The position numbers and the translations under genes are program-made. Below, in pieces: positions 29,047 through 38,808 of a stretch of DNA of 64,000 nucleotides (its first letter is position 1; each line of letters starts with the position of its first letter). The notes below the pieces were generated by a model. The model saw nothing but the letters and a program-made list of their open reading frames with translations. It searched no databases and was not told the origin of the DNA. The stretch lies in contig JAWAJB010000003.1 in the NCBI GenBank assembly GCA_038888155.1, positions 32,001 to 96,000 of the forward strand, in the 5' to 3' direction. Source of the DNA: Desulfurococcaceae archaeon (GTDB lineage Archaea; Thermoproteota; Thermoprotei_A; Sulfolobales; Desulfurococcaceae).

Positions 29047-31887
29047 TCACTTTTCTCCTTTGTTCCTGTCGAGGTATTTCTTTATCTTCAGGAACCTCTT
29101 CTCGCAGTCATATAGCTCAGCTAGGAGGTCCTTCCCCCTAGAAACATTGTTGATTACCCTAACAGCCTCTTGCGTTCCCACGCCGCGAACAGAGAGAGCT
29201 AGGAGAGCTTTTTGTCCATACCTATAAAGCAGTACTGCTCTTTCGGCGAGATCGTCGCGAAGTCTTTGCTCCTCTGCAGAGAGCTTGCCCCCCCTTATAA
29301 GTTTCCTGACCAGCTCGAGCTCCTTCTCTACATCCCCTTTAACTAGAGTCAAAGTCGCGAAGCCGCACTTAGGGCAGGAGAACTTTTCAATCTTCATTAA
29401 CTCCCTCACTCTATCCGATTTATGGTAGCCGCACTTAAGGCACAGCAGGTTGGCTTTTCGACTTAATAACCTCTCGAAGAAATCGCTGATATTAGCGCTA
29501 CCGAGCTCTTTTACGAGCGGGAGCTCTATGTAGCCGAGCAAAGCTGTGTGATGCTCGCCCAACTCGCTGTACACCCTCTGCTCAACTCTTACTTCGCCTT
29601 CAGCAACTCTATTGGCTAGATCGGCAAAGTAGTCTATGTCGTAGTCTTTTACTAGAACCTCCTTTAGAGCCTCCTTACCAATCACTGTCTCTGTAAAAGC
29701 CTCAAGGAGCCTCTTGGTCACTTTTGTGGTCTCAGGGGAAATGGCTCCAAACCTCTGCGCCACTTGGTATATTCGCCAGAGGTATAGAGAGCTTTCCTTG
29801 GCAACTCTCTCTATGTACGTTTGATTGGCGTACTTTCTGATCTCCTTAATGGCTGTGTACACTGTCCTGTGTATATCGCCCTCTAAGCTCCCCGCTGCAA
29901 CCCGATCCTCCAATTGGAGGGCAATAGCGTATGGCGATGAATACGCATTTAATTTAACAAATGGGTACTTGCTTTTAACGTTGTACTTGACTATATCTCT
30001 TAAAATTGCGTTGACCTTGTTGCCGCCGTAAACATTTATAATTATTAATCCGTGGTTTTTGATAGCGTCCACGTATATGTTCTTATCATCTCCTAGCCCC
30101 CTGAGAGCTAGGAGGTCGTTACTCGTAGTGGCGGGAACGCTCAGCATGCTCTTAAAGTCAGCTGGTAAATCGCCCGTTTCCTTAATTGCCCTTACGGCCC
30201 TGCCCACTTCTTGGGCAGTGGAGTAGTCAACTGGGATGTTCTCTCCCTCCCAGTGCGGAATGATAACCTCATCGGGCATGACCTTAGCGCGCTCCACGTA
30301 CAGCTTAGCCTCTTTCTCATCGTAGCTAATTACCCTCCACGGACTTCCAGCTAGGACTATTACGTCGCCCGCGTTCACGTTGATAACTACGTACTCTTCA
30401 TCTAGCGCGCCAACTTTCCGATTAGACCCAGCTTCAATTACGATGACATCTCTGCTCGAGGGTATCATCGATGTCCTGTACAGGTAAAGCCTTGTCTTTC
30501 TCGTAGGCAGAAGAACGTTTTCTCTCACTTGAACTACGTGAGTGTATGCAAGGTAGTTAACAACGTCTTGGAACTCTTCGCGCGAGATCCCGCGGTACAG
30601 CGGATGCCTTGAAATCATGCTGTAAAGCTCGGTAATGGGCACGCCGCTTGAATTAAGGGCTACAAATAGGGCTACGGTGTATGCGAGGACGTCCAGAGGC
30701 TTGTAGATTACGGTCTCCCTCTCTATGAGCCCCCTTTGAGCCCTCTGCGCTAAAACACAGCACTCAAGCAAATGAAGCGCGTTATTAGTCGCAATTATAA
30801 CGCCCTTGCTTACATCCCCCAGCCTATGTCTGCTTCTACCTACGCGCTGGACTAGCCTAGTTGCCTGCCTTGGGGACATGTACTGTATGACGTACTCCAC
30901 GTGCCCTATATCTATTCCGAGCTCTAGGCTTGAAGTAGCTACCAGCATATTGAGCCCGCGCTCCTTGAACTCTCTCTCAACATCCTCTCTGTGTTGCCTT
31001 GAGAGGCTACCGTGGTGAACTTCAAGCGATATGTTCAGCCCAAGCTCTTTGGAGATTTTCTTCAGGAGGGACCCCAAGCTCTCTACAAGCGTTCTCGTGT
31101 TAGTGAAGAGCAGCACGTACTTGTAGTCTATAGCCTTGCTAAAGATCTCTGCCAGCCTCGCAGAGAGCCTCTCATCATCTACGAGCTCGGCAATTTTGCG
31201 GCAGAGCTCGCTTTTGCACTCTGGCACTACTATTTGCAGTTCGAGCTTTCTCTGGTCTTGATCCCTTAAGACAACGGATGACTCCCCCTCGCGTGGCGTG
31301 AGGATCTCTAGGGCAACTCTCTCGTCTTGGATTGTTGCTGTTAGGCCTATTTTAATGGGGGATTTTTTGAGGAGAGCCTCTAGCAAATAAATGGAAGTGA
31401 ACAAAAGCAGACCCCTTTTGCTCTCTATTAAGTCGCGGTACTCATCCACTATAATGTACTCCAAGTTCTTCAAGTGCTGTCGTACCTCTTCGTTTAACAG
31501 GATGTAGTTAAACGTCTCTGGAGTCGTTATCAAGATGTGGGGAGGCTCCTTTGAGATAGCCCTCCTAATAGAGGCAGGCGTGTCGCCGTGTCTAACGCCT
31601 ATATCCAAGTTGAAGCACTTGCCAATCCTCTTAAGCCTTCTCTCAATATCTCTATTGAGTGCTCTAAGCGGTGTTATGTATATCCCCACTATTGGTCTCT
31701 TGCCCTCTGAGGTAGCCTTGAGCATTACTGGCAGGACGGCAGCCTCTGTTTTACCGCTCCCCGTCGGCGCTATGATGATCAAAGAGTGATCTCCACGGGT
31801 AATCTCCGCGAGGCTCTTCACTTGAACTTCTGTTAGCTGCTGGTACCCTAGCTCTTTAAGGCACTGGGCAATCTCGTTTAGCTTCAT
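29047..31887 (-). CDS. lhr: Lhr-family SF2 helicase
   Basis: APTGSGKT, TPLRALN, HHGSLS, ATSSLELGIDIG, QRVGRSRH, C-terminal Zn motif. Confidence 0.93.
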   Translation of the reverse strand: MKLNEIAQCLKELGYQQLTEVQVKSLAEITRGDHSLIIIAPTGSGKTEAAVLPVMLKATSEGKRPIVGIYITPLRALNRDIERRLKRIGKCFNLDIGVRHGDTPASIRRAISKEPPHILITTPETFNYILLNEEVRQHLKNLEYIIVDEYRDLIESKRGLLLFTSIYLLEALLKKSPIKIGLTATIQDERVALEILTPREGESSVVLRDQDQRKLELQIVVPECKSELCRKIAELVDDERLSARLAEIFSKAIDYKYVLLFTNTRTLVESLGSLLKKISKELGLNISLEVHHGSLSRQHREDVEREFKERGLNMLVATSSLELGIDIGHVEYVIQYMSPRQATRLVQRVGRSRHRLGDVSKGVIIATNNALHLLECCVLAQRAQRGLIERETVIYKPLDVLAYTVALFVALNSSGVPITELYSMISRHPLYRGISREEFQDVVNYLAYTHVVQVRENVLLPTRKTRLYLYRTSMIPSSRDVIVIEAGSNRKVGALDEEYVVINVNAGDVIVLAGSPWRVISYDEKEAKLYVERAKVMPDEVIIPHWEGENIPVDYSTAQEVGRAVRAIKETGDLPADFKSMLSVPATTSNDLLALRGLGDDKNIYVDAIKNHGLIIINVYGGNKVNAILRDIVKYNVKSKYPFVKLNAYSSPYAIALQLEDRVAAGSLEGDIHRTVYTAIKEIRKYANQTYIERVAKESSLYLWRIYQVAQRFGAISPETTKVTKRLLEAFTETVIGKEALKEVLVKDYDIDYFADLANRVAEGEVRVEQRVYSELGEHHTALLGYIELPLVKELGSANISDFFERLLSRKANLLCLKCGYHKSDRVRELMKIEKFSCPKCGFATLTLVKGDVEKELELVRKLIRGGKLSAEEQRLRDDLAERAVLLYRYGQKALLALSVRGVGTQEAVRVINNVSRGKDLLAELYDCEKRFLKIKKYLDRNKGEK

Positions 31888-32136
31888 GGTTGCTCTAAGC
31901 CGAGAGTATAGTTAGGTTTAATTTATTATAAAGGCTCTAAACCTCCTGTGGCTTGCAGGGCTGAGAGCAGACTAAGCCCTTTAATCAATTTTTGATTTGC
32001 AAAAAGCCCAGTGTTTTGGGGTGTAAACTTCCACTAGCTCGCGAGGTTCATAGGGCAAGTGGCTTTTAATTAAAGCTAAAGAGGTAATAAAAGGGGTAAT
32101 TTATGTTTAAAAAGCAAGATAGATTACTTCTCAAAG

Positions 32137-32430
32137 GTGGTTTTCTCTTTGCTTAACGAAGAAGAACTCGTAGAGGCAGAGGAGCTACGCGAAGAGGAGT
32201 ACGAGGAAGAGGCAGGGGAAATAGTAGTTGACCAGCTAAGGCTATTGCTTGATGTCACGAAGCTCTGGCGTAGACTGCTTCGCGATGAAGCTACGCTCGA
32301 TGAACTAAAGTCGACTACATCTAAGAAGGCAACTAAGAGGAGAGAGAAAGCAAAAGAAGAAGGCAGGGCCGCAAAGAAAGCCAAGGGAAAATCTAAGAGG
32401 GTGAAGAAGTCTAGCAGACGCAGGAAATGA
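32137..32430 (+). CDS. rpo13: RNA polymerase subunit Rpo13
   Basis: Acidic N-terminus, core DQLRLLLDVTKLWRRLL..EATLDEL, Lys/Arg-rich tail; lies between lhr and PCNA. Confidence 0.8.
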   Translation: MVFSLLNEEELVEAEELREEEYEEEAGEIVVDQLRLLLDVTKLWRRLLRDEATLDELKSTTSKKATKRREKAKEEGRAAKKAKGKSKRVKKSSRRRK

Positions 32431-32437
32431 GTTAGAC

Positions 32438-32830
32438 TTAAGTAGCGGGGCTGAATTCTGCCTCTGAAAACCCTAGTTGACTCAGAGAGCGCGCAACGAG
32501 CTCCCTTGAAACTCGCCTGTCGAGCACCAGCTCTACGTATTTTTCTCTGTTTTCAAGTAGCAACTTGATTTTGTGAACTATCACTCTCCCCCGAATAGCA
32601 TCAGAAGTGTCCTTCGGCACAGCTAAGTACCCCTCGAATTTTCTCTGGGAGGACTTATAGTATTCATCGAAGCCTGCAATTAATCTCACAGCCTCCTCTA
32701 AGTCCCTAGTTTCCCCGTGTATCTCTATTATTGACTCGAGAAATCTTAGCGCTAGCTCCCTGGTCAGCTTCACGTGCATGCAATTGGCTAGATCAACGCT
32801 TACCGAGATTTTCAAGGCTTGCCCGCGCAT
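32438..32830 (-). CDS. Hypothetical protein
   Basis: 130-aa ORF filling the gap between two genes. Confidence 0.65.
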   Translation of the reverse strand: MRGQALKISVSVDLANCMHVKLTRELALRFLESIIEIHGETRDLEEAVRLIAGFDEYYKSSQRKFEGYLAVPKDTSDAIRGRVIVHKIKLLLENREKYVELVLDRRVSRELVARSLSQLGFSEAEFSPAT

Positions 32831-32866
32831 TTTATATATCAGCTCCCTATTTTATTAGTCTCTTAG

Positions 32867-33628
32867 GTGAGGGCATTGTTTAAAGCATTGTACCCCAACG
32901 CGTCTAGGCTAAAGCACGTTATCCAAGTCCTAGCTAAGCTCAGCGACGAGCTCCCCTTTTACGTCACGCAGAGCGATATTAGCGTAAAGGTGTTAAGCCC
33001 CGATAAAACAATGCTAGTTGTGCTGAACATACCTAGCCTAGTTTTCGAGGAGTACGTCGTGGACGAAGAAGGGACATTCATTTTATCTGCTACCGAGTTC
33101 AGGAAAATAATACGCAGGGCGACTAGAAACGATACGCTGCTCTTAACTGTTAACAGGGAGACAAACGAGCTGATAGCTGTGTTGAGGGACAAGAAAACGG
33201 GCGTTGAGAGGGAATTTGGGATTACACTTATACAGAGGCCCCCAGAGCCAGTCCCCGAGCTACAGCTCGATCTACCGGTTTCCTTTACCGCCCTCTCTCA
33301 GGATTTCAAGAACATAGTAGGCGACCTGAAGCTAACTGGGGAAGAAGCTCTATTTATTTACGAAGAGGGCAAGATAGTAATTAAGGCGTCAGAGCAACAG
33401 AAGGAGTATATCTGTGAACTAAGGGAGGGCAGCCCGCTGGTATTCCTGAACTCTACAGTAGATAAAGCGAGTGCCTCATACAGCATTGAAATGCTACTAG
33501 AGGCATCTCAGCCAGCAGCAGTATCAAGCCAAGTTGTAATCTCCTTTGACTCGGGGAAACCAATGAAGGTAGAGTACGAACTCGAAGGAGGAGGCAAACT
33601 AATTTACTGGTTAGTTCCTAGAGTTTAG
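32867..33628 (+). CDS. pcn: DNA sliding clamp PCNA subunit
   Basis: LSPDKTML, FEEY, ASASYSIE, PMKVEYE, YWLVPR. Confidence 0.92.
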   Translation: MRALFKALYPNASRLKHVIQVLAKLSDELPFYVTQSDISVKVLSPDKTMLVVLNIPSLVFEEYVVDEEGTFILSATEFRKIIRRATRNDTLLLTVNRETNELIAVLRDKKTGVEREFGITLIQRPPEPVPELQLDLPVSFTALSQDFKNIVGDLKLTGEEALFIYEEGKIVIKASEQQKEYICELREGSPLVFLNSTVDKASASYSIEMLLEASQPAAVSSQVVISFDSGKPMKVEYELEGGGKLIYWLVPRV

Positions 33629-33779
33629 CCAGCAATTTTACTCCTCCCGCAGAGCTCCCCAAGGATTTCATCCCAAGTTGGAACAATCTAGTGCGAGTTA
33701 GGAAAGTTATCCAGTTGATCTACCCAGTCGGCAGCCTGGCAATTCAGTTGTTTAATAAGCTCTTCGAGCCTATCATACC

Positions 33780-34046
33780 GTGGAGATAGAGATGACTATA
33801 TACTGGGAGAGGTGCGACTTTTGCGGTCAGAATAAACCCGTTAAAAAGTGTAGCATTATACCCGATTTCTCAATAGATATACACTGCTGCATATCTTGCC
33901 CTATGTGGATGAGCAGGTGCAAATCACCCGCTTGGAGAGTAGAAATACCGACTCCATCGCCTCCACGAGTAAGGTCGCCTAGTAAGGAGGAGAAAAAGAA
34001 GCTAATAGAGGAGCTTACGTCAATGCTAGAAACAAAAAAGGGTTAA
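33780..34046 (+). CDS. Cys-rich small hypothetical protein
   Basis: CDFCG..C..HCCISC..C. Confidence 0.7.
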   Translation: MEIEMTIYWERCDFCGQNKPVKKCSIIPDFSIDIHCCISCPMWMSRCKSPAWRVEIPTPSPPRVRSPSKEEKKKLIEELTSMLETKKG

Positions 34047-34600
34047 CCGCCAGCTAAAGCGCGGATGGAGCGAGCGTAGAGCTTCCTCTACCTGAGGGTA
34101 CGAGCCAATTGTACCTATCCTGCTCCAGCCAAGTAAATTCTGCGCCTAAGCTCGCCTCCCAGCAGTAGCGAGAAATAATATGCGACCCTCAAAGGCGAGC
34201 GAGTTTTGCCTTTTCCGTTGGGCTCTACCTTTGTTCACTTATTCCCATGAGACGTGCAGCGCCTAGTGCGCAGCTGAGCATAGGGCAACCCCTATAGGAA
34301 TAGTTGGGTGTTGCATCCCATTTTCGCTCTCCCCTCTCATTTAGATGCTGAGTTGTCCAAACGCACTTAGGTACTCCCGCACCTCCACCCTACTTCGTAG
34401 CTCTCTAGGAGAGGCGCCTGCGAGAATATCAGCGCAAAGAACACTGTTATCTCCACTTCGCAAGCACGATCATTTTTGGATTGGCGAGAGCCCTTGGGGT
34501 GCGATCGCGCGAGCGAGATGTAAAACTAAGTGAGCGGTAAACAGTTATATGAAGGAATACTCAAATTGGATTGTAGGGCACAACACCACGCAGTGGAAAT

Positions 34601-35119
34601 ATGGCCAGGCTCAATATATTAGTGGATTTTACATGCCCTCTCGGCTACGTGTCGAGGCATGTAAAGTTGCTCAAAGATAGCGGATTTGCGCCTAGGTTAA
34701 TATCATACGAAACCATTAGGTTGAGATCAATATATTCGCTGAGAGCAGGAGGCGTTGGTAGCACTCTCGATGACGTTGAGAGACTTTTCTCAATAATAAG
34801 GAGCAGCAGCGGAAGTTGGAAGACCTGCTGTCTAGAGATATGGATTGAGAGCAGAGATCTTAAGAAAGATTTGAGATTGAATAGGCTAATTAAGCTAGAT
34901 GGCTTGTGCATCTACGCTAGACCAAGCAGAAAGGGAAGGGTAATCTACAAGCTAGCTTGGGGACTTAATAGCTGCAGGGAGGAAGGGGTCATTCCAGAGA
35001 GCGTGGGGAGAAAGTGCCTAGACACCTCAGAGGTCATAGACGATATTTACGCCTATGTACGCAGTTTTATAAGCTACGCTGTGCGCCAAATGCTGGGCAC
35101 TAATGAGTTCTCTCAGTAA
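34601..35119 (+). CDS. Hypothetical protein
   Basis: 172-aa ATG ORF. Confidence 0.55.
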   Translation: MARLNILVDFTCPLGYVSRHVKLLKDSGFAPRLISYETIRLRSIYSLRAGGVGSTLDDVERLFSIIRSSSGSWKTCCLEIWIESRDLKKDLRLNRLIKLDGLCIYARPSRKGRVIYKLAWGLNSCREEGVIPESVGRKCLDTSEVIDDIYAYVRSFISYAVRQMLGTNEFSQ

Positions 35120-35153
35120 TACTTTTTACGCCTTGTCTACAAGGTTAATAATA

Positions 35154-35243
35154 GGGCCCGTGGTCTAGCTTGGCTAGGATGCGGGGTTCGGGACCACAAC
35201 AGCGGGAATCCCCGTGGCCGGGGTTCAAATCCCCGCGGGCCCA
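35154..35243 (+). tRNA. tRNA-Pro(CGG) with 16-nt intron 35193..35208
   Basis: Cloverleaf; 37/38 intron with UUCG:CGGG central helix. Confidence 0.94.
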
Positions 35244-35270
35244 CTTCTGCTAAAGTTGGTGGTGCTCTAG

Positions 35271-35654
35271 TTGTCTGTTCAATCCACTAGAGAGGCGCTG
35301 AGCGCTCCTCTAGAGGAGGAGGTAGCGCAAATGACGCCCAGCGTATACGAGATGAGGTTTGTGAGGCTAGATATCCGCGACGACAGCTTAGTTAGGAGCG
35401 TGTGGGCTTACTTAGGCAAAAGAGCAGACTACTTAATTATACCTGGGGCTTTCTGCAGTTGCAGGGACTTCACAATCAGGACCATAGTGAATAAAAAGTC
35501 AAAGTACTGCAAGCATCAAGTCGGGGTTTATACAGCTATTAAGTTTGGGAAGTTTACTGCCTTGAGTGCCAACATAGAGGAGGCTTTAACAATAGTGCAG
35601 GAACTGTTGGATAAAGGCTTCTCAATATCGCTTCGAAGAAAGTTAATTAAGTGA
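35271..35654 (+). CDS. SWIM zinc-finger protein
   Basis: CSCRDF...CKH. Confidence 0.85.
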   Translation: MSVQSTREALSAPLEEEVAQMTPSVYEMRFVRLDIRDDSLVRSVWAYLGKRADYLIIPGAFCSCRDFTIRTIVNKKSKYCKHQVGVYTAIKFGKFTALSANIEEALTIVQELLDKGFSISLRRKLIK

Positions 35655-35705
35655 GGAAAAATATTTCACTTCAAGGCATTAAGTAAGCTTGCAGGTGTAA
35701 ACGAA

Positions 35706-35984
35706 GTGGGACGTAGAAGGAAAAGGAGGAAAGTAGTAGTTAGGAGAATGGTTAAAATACCCGTGGCGTTCGAGTGCCCGCACTGCTCCTCTAAAACCCT
35801 AGTTATAACTGTTAAGAAAAAAGAGGAGGATCGCGCGCATGCTATTGTTTCCTGCGGGTCCTGCGGCTTAATCGATGAGGAGGACTTCGCCGATATACCA
35901 GCGCTCTACCAAGTCGTAGACATTTACGCAAAGTTCGTAGATCTTTACAGCAGCGGCAAGGCAAGGGTAAAGCTACCCAGTTGA
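35706..35984 (+). CDS. elf1: Transcription elongation factor Elf1
   Basis: MGRRRKRRK, FECPHC, CGSCG, VDIYAKFVD. Confidence 0.9.
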   Translation: MGRRRKRRKVVVRRMVKIPVAFECPHCSSKTLVITVKKKEEDRAHAIVSCGSCGLIDEEDFADIPALYQVVDIYAKFVDLYSSGKARVKLPS

Positions 35985-35996
35985 AAGTGGTGCTTA

Positions 35997-36746
35997 TTGT
36001 TGGGGAGAGTTCACGACTATATTACTTCGAGGATCTCTAGCGGCGGAAAACTTCACTTAACACTGGTAGACCCCGAGAAAAGTAGCGATATAGAGAGGCT
36101 AGAGAGGATATCAGAGAGCATGGTTGCAGCGGGCACTGACGGCTTCCTCGTTGGGGGGAGCTTAGCGGTTGCCCCCGAAGAAGCCGATCTCATTGTTAAA
36201 GCCCTCAAGAAGCACAACTTGCCTGTTGTAATATTCCCTGGCAACATTAACTGCTTGACACCGCGAGCTGACGCTGTGTTGTTCATGGTCTTAATGAACA
36301 GTGTGGAGCCATATTATTTAATGCAAGTACAGGTGCTCGCTGCTCCCTTAATTGCTAAGTACAATCTAGAGGCTCTACCCACTGGCTACATCGTTGTAGA
36401 CCAAGATACTGCAGTAGCTCACGTCGGCAGGACATACCCTATTCCGAGGAGCAAGCCAGAGATAATATCGGCTTACGCCATGGCCGCAGAGATGTTGGGA
36501 TTTAAATACATATACCTAGAGGCTGGAAGCGGAGCACAACAGCCCATACCTTTGGAGTTTCCGCTAGCTGTTAAAAAATACACGAAGCTAATCACCATTG
36601 TCGGAGGCGGAATAAGGTCCCCAGATGTAGCTGAAAACCTCGCAAAGTCGGGTGCAGATATTATCGTAACTGGGACAATTGTGGAGAGGGATCCCGAGCT
36701 CGCTACTGAGGTAATTAAGGTGCTCAAGAGCCCTAAGTGGAGCTAG
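35997..36746 (+). CDS. pcrB: Geranylgeranylglyceryl phosphate synthase
   Basis: HLTLVDP, VGGS, FPG, YLEAGSGA, VGGGIR. Confidence 0.94.
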   Translation: MLGRVHDYITSRISSGGKLHLTLVDPEKSSDIERLERISESMVAAGTDGFLVGGSLAVAPEEADLIVKALKKHNLPVVIFPGNINCLTPRADAVLFMVLMNSVEPYYLMQVQVLAAPLIAKYNLEALPTGYIVVDQDTAVAHVGRTYPIPRSKPEIISAYAMAAEMLGFKYIYLEAGSGAQQPIPLEFPLAVKKYTKLITIVGGGIRSPDVAENLAKSGADIIVTGTIVERDPELATEVIKVLKSPKWS

Positions 36747-37009
36747 CGTTCTTCGAGGAGGTATTTCTTTTTAAAGGCGTCCTCAAGGTCTACTTTGACT
36801 AAGTTAGCCACGCTGAGTAGCCACGCGAACACGTCAGCGATTTCCTCCTCCACGGACCCCCTATCTGCTCTTAAGAGTGCATCAGCTAGTTCTCCTACCT
36901 CTTCAACAAGCCACGTGAAGGTAGAGTAAAGGCCCCTTAGTTCGTCTCTCTCGTAGTACGTTTTCCTTATATAAGCTTGAGCTTCGCGTATCTCCATTGG
37001 GACCGCCAA
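36743..37009 (-). CDS. MazG-like nucleotide pyrophosphohydrolase
   Basis: WLVEEVGELA, EEIADVFAW. Confidence 0.9.
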   Translation of the reverse strand: MAVPMEIREAQAYIRKTYYERDELRGLYSTFTWLVEEVGELADALLRADRGSVEEEIADVFAWLLSVANLVKVDLEDAFKKKYLLEER

Positions 37010-37060
37010 TTGGTAAAAATTAATTAAGCTGAGAGATATATATAGCGTGGGTATAGCACT

Positions 37061-37237
37061 ATGAGCAAGAAAGGCAAGAAAAAGGAGGTACCATCTATAT
37101 CGTCTTCGGCTGGGCTAATTAGGTTCTTTGAAGAAAGCGATGTTAAGATCGCGCTAAAGCCGCACCTCATAATACTTTTCGCCATTGTGTTTGTAGCTGT
37201 AGTTATAGTTCTCTCTAAGGTAGTACCCGTAGCGTAA
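37061..37237 (+). CDS. secG: Preprotein translocase Sec61-beta
   Basis: 58 aa, not in track: SAGLIRFFEE...KP plus one TM helix. Confidence 0.93.
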   Translation: MSKKGKKKEVPSISSSAGLIRFFEESDVKIALKPHLIILFAIVFVAVVIVLSKVVPVA

Positions 37238-37241
37238 TAGC

Positions 37242-37299
37242 TCTGCTGGGGATATTCTCTTCACAGCTTGAAAGCGCTCTGCCTCCCATCGCTCTTCAT
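37242..37299 (-). ncRNA. Possible C/D box sRNA (degenerate boxes)
   Basis: ATGAAGA-11nt-CAGA ... GTGAAGA-12nt-CAGA. Confidence 0.35.
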
Positions 37300-37327
37300 C
37301 GCTTTTGAGTTAGCAGTATTGCCTCAA

Positions 37328-37376
37328 TCAGAAACACGAGCCCTCGTCACTCCTCTGTTAAGTGGCAAGTCATCAT
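37328..37376 (-). ncRNA. C/D box sRNA
   Basis: ATGATGA-cttgccacttaa-CAGA-gga-GTGACGA-gggctcgtgttt-CTGA. Confidence 0.85.
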
Positions 37377-37442
37377 CTAAGAACTTATAGGTTTTTAACC
37401 CTATATAAGACTTGTTTAACAAGTGTTTAGACAATACCTGCA

Positions 37443-38165
37443 GTGGTGTATTATATGAACCAAAGCAAGTCAATGACGCTAGTTATTCAAGCAATATCTA
37501 TAGTGCTGTTTTCATTAGTATCAGCAGCCGCTCCCGAGTACGCATGGATAGCATTTATCTTATACTTTTTTGTCTTAATGTTCGTAATGACTAAGATCAC
37601 AGGTAGAGGGCTTAAAAAGGCACCTGAACGCAAGGGATCCCCTATATTCAAGGAGGATCAAGCGACTCAGATTATGGCTCACGACTCGCTGTTAATAAAG
37701 GAAGTAAAAGAACAGTTCAAGTCGACGACTTTAATGCTCCTCTTGCCTATTGTAGCTCTTGTACTAGCTCCAATGTACTGGCAGTACATAGACCCTCCAG
37801 TGAAATCTGCGCTTGCGCAGTTTACAACAAATGAATTCTTGATTAGGTTCATTGGGTTCATTATGTTCTACGTATTTCTAATAGCTATTATGCAAATTCC
37901 CCGGCTCGCAGTTTCAAGGCTAGTTAAACAGCAGAAGCAGCTCTACGTTCCGCGAACTTTCTCGCTGTACAAAGATGGTATCCTCATAGACAACAGGTAC
38001 GTGCAGTACGAAAGCGATCTTTGCTTCCAGGGGGACGCTAACAGGAAATTCGTAGAAATGCACGGCAAGAAAATTCCCTTTATAATTAGGCTGTATACAA
38101 TAGAGGTCTCAAAGCTAGCAAGCAAGCTGAAGGAGGTCGGATTAAGTGAGTGCCAAGGACAGTAG
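37443..38165 (+). CDS. Membrane protein, DUF2208-like
   Basis: 4 TM segments plus C-terminal beta domain. Confidence 0.7.
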   Translation: MVYYMNQSKSMTLVIQAISIVLFSLVSAAAPEYAWIAFILYFFVLMFVMTKITGRGLKKAPERKGSPIFKEDQATQIMAHDSLLIKEVKEQFKSTTLMLLLPIVALVLAPMYWQYIDPPVKSALAQFTTNEFLIRFIGFIMFYVFLIAIMQIPRLAVSRLVKQQKQLYVPRTFSLYKDGILIDNRYVQYESDLCFQGDANRKFVEMHGKKIPFIIRLYTIEVSKLASKLKEVGLSECQGQ

Positions 38166-38394
38166 GCGCAAGTGCGTGGTATGCGGGAGAGTTTTTCCAC
38201 AAGGACAGGGCATAGTCCTAACCATAGGAGATGAAAGGCTGGAATTTCACAGCGTAAGGTGCTTCTCTAAGTTTACAAAGAGACTACTGGAGAGAATGCC
38301 TCCTGACGAGATAAAGGGGTATATCAGAAGAGTGCGAGAGGAATACGAAGAACTGCTTGCCCAGCGGGCAAAGCTTAAATTAAAGAAAATATAG
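38146..38394 (+). CDS. TRASH/L24e-like metal-binding protein
   Basis: CVVCGR.FP.GQGI...FHS.RC. Confidence 0.75.
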   Translation: MSAKDSRRKCVVCGRVFPQGQGIVLTIGDERLEFHSVRCFSKFTKRLLERMPPDEIKGYIRRVREEYEELLAQRAKLKLKKI

Positions 38395-38515
38395 CAATCT
38401 TTAACCAGCTAGCCTTCAAGCTCTTTAGTCGCTGAAGGATCTTTTCATTTAAGCTTGTAGAGATAGGCCACGCTAGTTGATTTTTAAGGGGGCTCAAGGA
38501 ATACGTATCAATAGC

Positions 38516-38569
38516 GTGATGATACTTGTCCCCAGCGACTTAGTGGATGAAGAAGTTACCGCGGACTGA
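38516..38569 (+). ncRNA. C/D box sRNA, both guides matching the 16S 500-535 region
   Basis: GTGATGA...ATGAAGA-agttaccgcgga-CTGA; guides pair with CCGCGGUAA and GGGGGCAAGU (rRNA recalled from memory). Confidence 0.85.
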
Positions 38570-38586
38570 GCACTTCCTGAGTAGAG

Positions 38587-38808
38587 CTAGCAACGCGCGT
38601 TTTTCCCGACAGCCCTTCTCAAGTTCTCCAGCGCTTCGCTATCTAGTCCAGCCTGTTGGAGGATAACTAGCGCTTTCTCCAGCGCTTCGCTATCGCTTGT
38701 AGCGCTCACGTTAACAACTATGTTTGTGCCCTTAACGCACACTCTATACCTCTTATCTCCGTGGAGCTCGTAGGTCTCTAATACCTTTAGGTCGTTCCTT
38801 GAGATCAA
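38587..38808 (-). CDS. Small hypothetical protein
   Basis: 73 aa, directly abuts HIT gene. Confidence 0.7.
   Translation of the reverse strand: MISRNDLKVLETYELHGDKRYRVCVKGTNIVVNVSATSDSEALEKALVILQQAGLDSEALENLRRAVGKNARC

Noticed and set aside
34050-34600. 550-bp gap considered as RNase P or SRP RNA
   Set aside because: No GAGGAAA/P4 or SRP helix-8 motifs and not strongly GC-rich; remains unexplained, possibly a decayed gene
38146-38394. True ribosomal protein L24e
   Set aside because: TRASH motif only; lacks the L24e C-terminal PRK..WT signature
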